Assembly (NCBI GenBank): GCA_950097015.1
Contig: CATNEN010000026.1
Span: 1,240,001 to 1,304,000 of the forward strand
Source of the DNA: Macrostomum hystrix
Taxonomy: Eukaryota; Animalia; Platyhelminthes
Direction of reading: 5' to 3'
Length of the DNA stretch: 64,000 nucleotides
A model generated the notes under the pieces. It had not been told where the DNA came from and ran no database searches. It worked only from the letters and a program-made list of their open reading frames with translations. The position numbers were made by a program, and so were the translations under genes. Within the stretch, counting starts at the first letter, position 1, and the number at the start of each line of letters is the position of its first letter. Positions 12,937 to 22,632 of this stretch are shown piece after piece.

Positions 12937-13370
12937 GGCAATGTTTTACTTCCGTTCGTTATATTATTTTTTCGTTTGAATTGACATGGCTTTGCCGTGA
13001 CTTGACACTTGGATCTATGTCTATGGCAAAATCTGGCAAATATGGGGGAACAGGAAGCTTAGGCACAGAAATTCTGCAGCTGAAGATTTTGTGAAGGCCA
13101 AGCTGCGTCAAATGCATGGCACGAATGCTGCTCTATTCGAAAGCCACCTCAAAGAATTCTTATGGCACTGTCTATACCCCAAGAATAGCTTCGGTGCCCT
13201 CCTCTACTGGATTAGGCACTTACCCGGTTTGAAAGAAGAAAGACTGACCAAGACTTTTCAGAACTGTCTGATCAAACTACAGACTTATTGTTACCGTTAA
13301 ACTTGTTTTTGTCGTTATCTGTCATTTGCAAATGAAAAAATAATATAACGAACGGAAGTAGAACATTGCC
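12937..13370 (+). mobile_element. Non-autonomous Merlin (IS1016/IS1595-related) DNA transposon
   Basis: ~37-bp TIRs GGCAATGTT(T/C)TACTTCCGTTCGTTATATTATTTTTT and a perfect 8-bp TSD GCATACTC (12929-12936, 13371-13378). The internal fragment KAKLRQMHGTNAALFESHLKEFLW resembles the ISXO2/Merlin transposase C-terminus. Confidence 0.85.
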
Positions 13371-13976
13371 GCATACTCTTTGCACATAAAGGCTTCTTTC
13401 CAGTGGACCTTGAACTTAAGATCAATATTTATATCGTAAATAGTGAAATTGAAATCTTGAAATCAATCACTTGAGAAGGTATTCGACTGAGATTAGTGGC
13501 AATCCATTGGAGGATTAGAGAAGTCCATGCTGGTATCAGTATCAGACAGGCTGATCATCTAGGCAGAATAGCTGCAGCTGGACACTGCAGCATGACAGTC
13601 TGGCCCTGGCAAAGCTGAGCAAACTGCCACCCCAAGTCTGCCAATCTTTGTCACATTCCATGGAGTCCATGGGTGGCAGTAATGTGTTAATTTGTGAGAG
13701 TGAGAAAAAGGGATTTGTGTGCAAATTTTTAAGTAAATGTTCAATTCTTTATATTCAAGCAAGTGTATAGAAATGACGCCCAAGTGCAGGTCAGCAATCT
13801 CCACAGACTGTAGTTACATGGCCACAATACTTGTGGGAATATATGTTGAATATAAGTGCTATGATTTCATTATAGAATATATAAAACTTTATAGTATTAA
13901 ATAGAAAACAGTTGTCTGTCTACAATATTAAATACTGTAAACCAATGATTATAAATTACTTTCTCATTTCCAGACA

Positions 13977-16424
13977 ATGTATCGCGGCATCGAACTGAAG
14001 CGTGTTGTCAAAGCTACACTGCAAACTGGCTGTCGTGGGCGACCCAGAAAGATTAAGACAATCATTAGCGGCCGAAATCGAGGCTCAACATCTCGGCGTC
14101 CTGTGTCTGAAACTACTCCTGTTCCAGTGGAAGCTAGCACCGAGAATGATGTCGGTATGCCTGAGTCTTTTGCTCCTACAGTAGAAGATGTTGAATGGGT
14201 AGATTTTGACAGCTTTGCTGAGAAATACAGAGGTAGTTACGAGAAGCATTTTCTCTTAAATCTGTGTTCCTCTTGCTATGAGCACGAAGGTGTATATCGA
14301 TGTGTTACTTGTCGACTTAGCTTATGTGCCAGCTGTAAGAATGAGACGCATAAAAAGTTTTCAGCCCACAAGTTTCTCATATGGAATAAGGAGAGTCTAA
14401 TGTTTCAGGAACTGGATGCTACTCACGATGCTTTTGAAATGTTTTGCTGCGCTTCTAGTAAATTGAATCTGAATGTCTGTGCGGCTACAAAAGTTGACCT
14501 TATAGATCTGGCTGGAAGCGTAAAGGTCATTTTTATTACCTGCGACTCCTGTGATCTTATTGGTGCACTCCTTTCTCAAGGGTTCTTCCCTTGTTGCGAA
14601 GGGTCAAAGCCTGATTCAGATGGGTATGCATTCTTTTCTTTTACCTTTTTGTCCCTGCTAGACAGTTTGTGTATGACTGGGCAGTTGCCTGTTCACAGAG
14701 CGGTCAGTACACTGCTCATTGGGCCAACTCTGGGACAAGGTACATATAATTTGGCTCTTGTAAAAAGCACTTATCAACGCATTCAACGACATGATGTTTT
14801 GCTGCGGTTTCGCCACCTGCAAATGGCCTCAGCAAAATGGCCAAATAATTGTCTTCTCTGTCCAGATAATCACGCTGTGCGCAAAACTGTTGTCTGTGCA
14901 GATGCTCTATTTGGTTGGCAGCGCTTTAAAGCCAGGGGGCGTACACAACTGGAAATACCATCAGATGGTCGTCCATTACCTACGCCGCTTGTCTATGTAG
15001 ATATTAAAGCGGATGTGCCAAAAAATCGAGCAGAGGAACAGAATTGTCCTAATTGGAAGGCCGGTGCTCATGAACCATTAAGCCGTGAGCAGAGACATGA
15101 TGTCACGGGTTTCTTTGGATTATTCTGTCGTCACAATCGCCTTTTGTGTGGCTCAAATATCACAACTGGTGGAGAAAAGTTTTGCTACCTGGAACAGTGC
15201 CTTGAACACTTTCTGCGAAACGTCAAAGTGTCTAAGGAATTACTTGTCGTATATGACGTGGGTAAGTTTATTATTATTTTATAAAATGCATACAATCTAT
15301 GAAATACTGTTGCTTGTGTACAGTTATATGACAACATGACTTACTCTTTATCCCAATTCACAGGCTGTCGCGTATCCAGCCGGGTTAAATCCGCTATTGC
15401 GAAGTCTGGTGCCAACATTCAAGCGAGTAGCTGTGCAATAAACGCTTTTCATGCTCTTGGTCACCTGCCCAGTTGTCAAAAAAAGTTTTCTGTTCGCGTT
15501 ACTCCAGGCGCAGGTCTATGCGATGGAGAGAATACTGAGCGAGCCTGGTCTCAACTCAGGCCGTTCGGTAAGTTTTTAAAGTACATGCGGAAAGACCGAC
15601 GAGCACAATACATGGCGCATATTCTATACTTCTTTAATGCACAACAGCTTCTTAGCGCTTCTGGGTGGTTTACACAACGTATTAAGCTTATGGTAGGTGC
15701 GGGAAAAAGCATTCTAAGTGAACTAAAAGAGCTACAAAGCCAGTCTGCGATTTTGCAGCACTCGGGGGTCCGAAATGACAGTCTGGTCATCTCTGAGGAT
15801 GAAATTTTGGATTTAGGCTCCCAATGGTATGAAGATTCCCTCCGAGTAGCTGTACACAACTCGGAAGATGATATCCTATGTGAGCTACGCGCTCTTGCAG
15901 TGCACAGAGATCATTGGAGTAAACAGGTTGGTAAGTCAGTTGGCCAAAGTCAAACCAGAATGTGCTTGCGAAAGGTTAAAAGTTATGCATCCGACATGAA
16001 AAAACTCTACGCTCGTCTTCCAATTGAAGACAGAGCTTCTTTCGATGAATATAAAAAACCGCGTAGTGCGAAATATGAACATTTGTCTGGAACCGACCTT
16101 TCCATCCGATTTCGTCAGCGGGCTATAGACGTCAGTAACAAATATAAACGCCTAAAAGAAGAAGCGCATATTATTTCAGATGAGTGGGTTGACCTTCAGG
16201 TTAATTTGCAGAGCCTCTGTGATGACTTAGCGAATCAGCCGGGCTTAGCCGCTCAATTTCGGGAATTGTTTAGAAGACTGCTTGAAGATGTTGCAAGTAA
16301 AAGCGTGACTGATGCTGTAAAATATCTTCTTGCGAATAAATTCTCCCTCAGCACACTGAGTCAGAGCGCTAATGAAGCGGTTGCTTCAGAAGATTCGGAG
16401 TCTTCTGATAGCGACTCCGATTAA
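13977..16424 (+). CDS. CxC-domain KDZ (Kyakuja-Dileera-Zisupton) transposase, 781 aa, join(13977..15261,15364..16424)
   Basis: Cys cluster CSSC..YRCVTC...LCASC...H..FSAH and GFFP. KDZ motifs: CLLCP, VCADALF..QRF, DVTGFFGLFCRH, GEKFCY, VVYDVG|CR, FHALGHLPSCQ, GAGLCDGENTERAWSQL. A phase-1 intron (GTAAG...CACAG) joins the two ORFs in frame (1285+1061 nt = 782 codons). Confidence 0.9.
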
Positions 16425-16495
16425 GTATCCAACCAGTGTACTGATGATTCCACCGTTACTTGTGTTTTTAATTGAAGTCAAGCGCTGCCTTGTAA

Positions 16496-17174
16496 AGTCA
16501 CTCTGCACCTACTTTTGTGTGGGTGCTGTGAAGCGTTAAGTTTAAGATCGCTAAAATTAATACCATTAAGCCCAAAATTTGGACACATTTCTTTCAACTA
16601 GCAAATTTTTTGCAGGTCACTTTGCACATGCAATACAATGTGCTGTGAAGCGTTAAGTTTAAGAACGCTAAAATTAATACCAGTAAGCCCAAAGTTTGGA
16701 CACATATTTCTTTCAACTAGCAAAATATTTACAGGTCACTTTGCACATGCAATTCAATGTGCTGTGAAGCGCTACATTTTAAAGCGCTATGAGCCCATGT
16801 GTCAGCCTTCTCGCGGCGGACTCGTTGAGCGCGAATAAAATCTGCTAATTACCGTGCGCTGCCAATCTTACCGTGCATGTTTGCACTATCCAGCGGACTG
16901 GCAGTGTACTTACGTTAGCTGTTTTTATTCGTGGGACTAATGACACTATTAAATTCGTTCATTTATCAGCTTTTCCGTTCAATTCCGTTTTATTATTATT
17001 ATATAGCTCACAGTTTCATTGTCTGTCAAATAAATGGAGGGGCTCCTAAACAGTGTTTCTCGTTCTTATTTTTTCATTGCTTGCCGTGCCTGATAAACAT
17101 GTTTTCCTTTTTTAGCATTTACATACTTGCGCCTATATACGTCACCGATTTCAGCGAAACGCAGGCAACTTAAA
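16496..17174 (+). repeat. Leader cassette copy 1 (with an internal ~140-bp duplication), upstream of the finger-SET gene
   Basis: Nearly identical to 18341-18902 and 19758-20200. Starts GTCACTCTGCACCTACTTTTGTGTGGG and ends TTTCAGCGAAACGCAGGCAACTTAAA. Confidence 0.9.
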
Positions 17175-17222
17175 TAAACTCTTTAAAAAATCAAAATTCA
17201 GATTTCAAATTCAAAAGACAGC

Positions 17223-18235
17223 ATGCCCACTGATAAGCTCGATTGTCCGTTATGTCTTCCTGGTTTATCTGCCTATTCGGCCAGACCTGACAGGCTCGCT
17301 CTGCATATTGAAACGCATCATCCAAACGCGAAAGGGAAGACGGAATGCATCATTCAATATCTACGTTGGTCGAAGAAGGCCGATGCAAAATTGTGCCAGC
17401 TATGCGATACATTCTATGTACATTTGCGGCAGCACTATAAGCTGATTCACACCATCGAATTCCGGCGACTTAACACTTTGCTGACAGGTCAACCAGCCAT
17501 GCGACTCGCGCGAAAGCGTGGTGTTAAACGTTTTGGTGAAATATTCTGGTGGTTTACTTCCAATCAGCCGTTGCCAAACTATCCGTCCTCAGATGGCGAC
17601 TGTGTTGGAAAGCTGGAAGAACAAAGGTAATTAATTTGTGAAGGGCATGTCACGATCTCATTTAAAGCTTAGTTACGTAAAATGCAAACTGCCTGTGCCA
17701 TCTGTATTTTCTAAGTCTTGTCAACACTTCCCACAGGCACTGCGAATCTTCTGCTGGCCAACGATCATGCATAGATGTCTACAGGAAAAGTTCAAATTTC
17801 GTCCCAGCCAAGGTTTTAGTGAAGCCTTCTGGTGAGAAGGGTCTCGGTATTTTTGCTGGTGAACTAATTAGAGCTGATTCATTCGTGTGCTTCTATGGTG
17901 GCACCGTAATATCTAGAAAACAAGGACTCGCCAGAGAGCAGGAGAGGGCATCTAAAGGCGAGTCACCTTGTTTTGCGTTTTTCTTTTTTTATGGCTCCCA
18001 ATCGCTTTGCGAAGATGCTACTGATAGTTTTTCCCTTGGTCGGTTTATTAATCACAGTCGGTTGACTCCAAATCTAATGCCAAGGGCGATACCACCATGT
18101 AAAGAAATCGGACGGAACGTCTGCAGGATCGCTTTTTTTGCTATTCGGGACATTCTAGAAGGGCAAGAATTGCTCTTCGATTATTCTGAAACTGACGAAG
18201 AGTGTCTAAAGAGGTTTCCCTGGCTGCAATCTTAA
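17223..18235 (+). CDS. C2H2-like zinc-finger + SET-domain (PR-Set7/SETD8-like) protein, 284 aa, join(17223..17626,17785..18235)
   Basis: Fingers CPLC..H.ETHH and CQLC..HLRQHYKLIH. A phase-2 intron (AG|GTAATT...CTACAG|G) gives an in-frame join. SET motifs: KGLGIFA, FYGG, CEDAT, LGRFINHS, GQELLFDY and the terminal FPWL typical of SETD8/PR-Set7. Confidence 0.8.
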
Positions 18236-18340
18236 AAGTTCAAAAAATTGTACCAACTAGTCACTGCTAATCATTTTGAATTTGTTGCACATGCGTCAGA
18301 CAAATTTCTTCAAAACTTGTCGCATAAAACATTACAGCAG

Positions 18341-18902
18341 GTCACTCTGCACCTACTTTTGTGTGGGTGCTGTGAAGCGTTAAGTTTAAGAACGCTAAAA
18401 TTAATACCAGTAAGCCCAAAGTTTGGACACATATTTCTTTCAACTAGCAAAATATTTACAGGTCACTTTGCACATGCAATTCAATGTGCTGTGAAGCGCT
18501 ACATTTTAAAGCGCTATGAGCCCATGTGTCAGCCTTCTCGCGGCGGACTCGTTGAGCGCGAATAAAATCTGCTAATTACCGTGCTCTGCCAATCTTACCG
18601 TGCATGTTTGCACTATCCAGCGGACTGGCAGTGTACTTACGTTAGCTGTTTTTATTCGTGGGACTAATGACACTATTAAATTCGTTCATTTATCAGCTTT
18701 TCCGTTCAATTCCGTTTTATTATTATTATATAGCTCACAGTTTCATTGTCTGTCAAATAAATGGAGGGGCTCCTAAACAGTGTTTCTCGTTCTTATTTTT
18801 TCATTGCTTGCCGTGCTTGATAAACATGTTTTCCTTTTTTAGCATTTACATACTTGTGCCTATATACGTCACCGATTTCAGCGAAACGCAGGCAACTTAA
18901 AA
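18341..18902 (+). repeat. Leader cassette copy 2
   Basis: Near-identical to copy 1; ends ~40 bp before the ATG at 18943. Confidence 0.9.
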
Positions 18903-18942
18903 AAAACTTTAAACTTCAAACTGTAAACACACAAAACTCATC

Positions 18943-19677
18943 ATGCCCAACAAACACGCGAAAGTGTCCTGTCTTGTCTGTTCCAATTGGACTGGTAGAT
19001 CCTACATGCTTTGGAGGCATTGCGAGAAAAGGCACCCCGCTCTGGAGGATGACAGGATTCAGGCGATGATTGACTTCGCGAAGGCGACTTCAAAAGCGAA
19101 GCCGGTGTGTCTCTGTCCGATATGCGGGGCTCTGATTTCTCACCAAAGAGCGCATTTTAAGAGATGCCACGTACCTGAATATGGCTCTACATACCGCCGC
19201 AAAGCCCTCTCGGGTCGTGCGGCTGTCCTGAAATTACGCGAATCAGGTTCGCGGCGTGTAGCAGAACTTCACAAACTTGCTACAGAAGAAAAGCATCCAC
19301 TCCAATACATGGAACTTGAGTTCGCTGCTAGTCAGCTATCTATTCTGGTTGAGATGTACAAGGATATCGGCGAGGTACAAATTACATCAGCAACTAGCCA
19401 AGAGACGAGTGCGTCAACAAAACTTCCCGCAGAACAGCAGCAGCAGGAAGAGCGCTGCAACTCTTCTGAAGGTGCTCCTAAAAGTCCTAAACCTACGCCA
19501 GAAACTCATCGAGTTCCAGCTAAAATCTGTCGAAACCCATTACCATTTGTGATTCCTCCAAGAGTCCCTTATTGCGTCAAACCCTTACCGCCTATTGTCT
19601 TGCGTAAATCTGCTACCAACTTGACCCGATATAACCCGAAAATTCCCACCTCGTCTCCCATAAAAATTGCTACCTGA
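18943..19677 (+). CDS. Zinc-finger protein paralogous to the N-terminus of the 17223 gene, with a Pro/Lys-rich tail and no SET domain
   Basis: MP..., CLVC..H.EKRHP, CPICG..SHQRAHFKRCH and EY...LSG.AA..LR..G.RR.AE align motif for motif with 17223-17626. Confidence 0.65.
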   Translation: MPNKHAKVSCLVCSNWTGRSYMLWRHCEKRHPALEDDRIQAMIDFAKATSKAKPVCLCPICGALISHQRAHFKRCHVPEYGSTYRRKALSGRAAVLKLRESGSRRVAELHKLATEEKHPLQYMELEFAASQLSILVEMYKDIGEVQITSATSQETSASTKLPAEQQQQEERCNSSEGAPKSPKPTPETHRVPAKICRNPLPFVIPPRVPYCVKPLPPIVLRKSATNLTRYNPKIPTSSPIKIAT

Positions 19678-19757
19678 GGTCTTCCTGTTGGAACAAAATA
19701 CCATACCACCCCTATCCCATGGAAAAATTGGTATATCGACAGAGCCAATTACAGCAA

Positions 19758-20200
19758 GTCACTCTGCACCTACTTTTGTGTGGGTGCTGTGAAGCGTTAA
19801 GTTTAAGAGCGCTAAAATGAATACCAGTGAGGCCAAATTTTGGATACAATTCATTCAACTAGCAAAATATTTACAGGTCACTTTGCACATGCAATTCAAT
19901 GTGCTGTGAAGCGCTACGTTTTAAAGCGCTATGAGCCCATGTGTCAGCCTTCTCGCGGCGGACTCGTTGAGCGCGAATAAAATCTGCTAATTACCGTGCG
20001 CTGCCAATCTTACCGTGCATGTTTGCACTATCCAGCGGACTGGCAGTGTACTTACGTTAGCTGTTTTTATTCGTGGGACTAATGACACTATTAAATTCGT
20101 TCATTTATCAGCTTTTCCGTTCAATTCCGTTTTATTATTATTATATAGCTCACAGTTTCATTGTCTGTCAAATAAATGGAGGGGCTCCTAAACAGTGTTT
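19758..20200 (+). repeat. Leader cassette copy 3 (3'-truncated, no downstream ORF recognised)
   Basis: Same sequence as copies 1 and 2 up to CCTAAACAGTGTTT, then diverges. Confidence 0.88.
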
Positions 20201-20470
20201 CGCGTTTTCGTTTTTTAATTGCTTGTTTTTTAGATGCGCTTTCTTTCTGCTCATTAGTTGGCTGTGCAGGGAACAACTAGGACAAATGGAGATAGATGTG
20301 CATTTGAGAATAGACTGCCTGCTTTATACAATTATATGCATGGCAGATCAATGTCCTTATTAGCGTTTATATATTAGCGTTCACGCCTTCATTTAGGGTC
20401 TAGCTTTAATTGTCAACGTTTCAAACTTCAATCTCGAATAAATTTCAGGCCAGCATCACTTCCATTGAAA

Positions 20471-20515
20471 GTTGATGACACCTCCCAACATTGGGAGTTG
20501 GGAGGTGTCATCAAC
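20471..20515. other. Perfect 19-bp inverted repeat with a 7-nt loop
   Basis: GTTGATGACACCTCCCAAC-ATTGGGA-GTTGGGAGGTGTCATCAAC. Confidence 0.9.
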
Positions 20516-20964
20516 ATTGGGATGACGTGCGCGATGTCAACATGATGACGTGCGCGAGCATTCAACACAATGGAAATGACGATCCATACAATTTTTTAGG
20601 CGGTGTTTCTGGTCTTTCAACCGTTGTGACCAATATTTGAAGAAGCATCTTGCTAACGATATTTTAGCTTTTATAACTATTTGCACAATTAAAGGTACGT
20701 GGCTACGCACTTCTACGCCTTTAGCCTTGTCTAATGTCATTTTTCAATTCCCTCCAGTCGTCCAAGGCGTTTTGTTGTTATGCGAACTCGGCCAATCTGA
20801 CTTCATAATTGCTTCATATGCGTTCATATGCATACAAGTGTGAATGCTCATATGCGTGTGTACACCTTTCGTGTCTGCTTGCCTGCAATCCTACTTGTGC
20901 ATGTATTTGACTTACCTATAGTCATTACACTTAGCTAGAGTAATTTAGCCCAGGTGTGGCAACA

Positions 20965-21880
20965 ATGGTCAGAGGAGAGCTAGAGTCAAACTGTTCAGAA
21001 TATGTTCCGATGACTAAATTATTCAGTTTTCCCTGGTAGTCATGCAATTTCTTGGATGGTCAGAGGAGAGCTAGAGTCAAACTGTTCAGAATATGTTCCG
21101 ATGACTAAATTATTCAGTTTTCCCTGGTAGTCATGCAATTTCTTCAATGGTCAGAGGAGGGCTAGAGTCAAACTGTTCAGAATATGTTCCGATGACTAAA
21201 TTATTCAGTTTTCCCTGGTAGTCATGCAATTTCTTGGATGGTCAGAGGAGAGCTAGAGTCAAACTGTTCAGAATATGTTCCGATGACTAAATTATTCAGT
21301 TTTCCCTGGTAGTCATGCAATTTCTTGGATGGTCAGAGGAGAGCTAGAGTCAAACTGTTCAGAATATGTTCCGATGACTAAATTATTCAGTTTTCCCTGG
21401 TAGTCATGCAATTTCTTCAATGGTCAGAGGAGAGCTAGAGTCAAACTGTTCAGAATATGTTCCGATGACTAAATTATTCAGTTTTCCCTGGTAGTCATGC
21501 AATTTCTTGGATGGTCAGAGGAGAGCTAGAGTCAAACTGTTCAGAATATGTTCCGATGACTAAATTATTCAGTTTTCCCTGGTAGTCATGCAATTTCTTC
21601 AATGGTCAGAGGAGGGCTAGAGTCAAACTGTTCAGAATATGTTCCGATGACTAAATTATTCAGTTTTCCCTGGTAGTCATGCAATTTCTTGGATGGTCAG
21701 AGGAGAGCTAGAGTCAAACTGTTCAGAATATGTTCCGATGACTAAATTATTCAGTTTTCCCTGGTAGTCATGCAATTTCTTGGATGGTCAGAGGAGAGCT
21801 AGAGTCAAACTGTTCAGAATATGTTCCGATGACTAAATTATTCAGTTTTCCCTGGTAGTCATGCAATTTCTTCAATGGTC
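20965..21880. repeat. 91-bp tandem repeat x10
   Basis: ATGGTCAGAGGAGAGCTAGAG recurs at 20965 and 21056; units are nearly identical. Confidence 0.97.
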
Positions 21881-22249
21881 GTGCTCCCTTGCAAACGAGC
21901 AGCGGAGTGAGAGGAGAGAGTTCTGAAGTTCTGAACGCGTTTGACAATGATAAAATATCAAACTCTAATACCTGCTTTCTTTATGCTCACTGTGCATGCA
22001 CTGTATGTGTTTTTACGTGAGGGTCTGTACTTTGTTCAATTAATGTTTCTGTCTAACTAGGACTTTTCACCAATTCTTTTCCGTGTCAATCTTCAGGGAA
22101 AATACATAAGCTAATTTATCAAAACATATCAGCGCATCTCATTGGCAAAAATTGTGCCGCACAGGCACGGCATAGGTGACCTGCTGCAAGGTATACTGAC
22201 TAAAATTATTATTATGTTATTATTATTACTTCTTTCTTGGAATCACAGG

Positions 22250-22516
22250 GTGAGGTGACAGAGAAGAGGGTGAGGTGACAGAGGAGAGAGTGGGGTGACA
22301 GAGAGGAGAGAGTGAGGGCACAGAGGAGAAAGTGAGGGCACAGAGGAGAAAGTGAGGGCACAGAGGAGAAAGTGAGGGCACAGAGGAGAAAGTGAGGGCA
22401 CAGAGGAGAAAGTGAGGGCACAGAGGAGAAAGTGAGGGCACAGAGTGGAGAAAGTGAGGGCACAAAGGAGAAAGTGAGGGCACAGAGTGGAGAAAGTGAG
22501 GGCACAGAGAGGAGAA
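22250..22516. repeat. ~20-bp purine-rich minisatellite (GAGAAAGTGAGGGCACAGAG)n
   Basis: Direct tandem copies are visible. Confidence 0.95.
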
Positions 22517-22632
22517 AGTTAACTTTGATGAATTTCGATGGGATTTGATTCCCCGTATTCTGGGATAGACGTAGAAGCGATCCCTGTCGAAATCCGGGGT
22601 CAATAAGTAAGCCTGCGGCGTCGCATCACACA

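Noticed and set aside
16931-17173. 80-aa ORF repeated at 18658 and 20073
   Set aside because: It has a GTG start and an F/Y/I-rich composition from AT-rich DNA; it recurs only because the cassette is duplicated.
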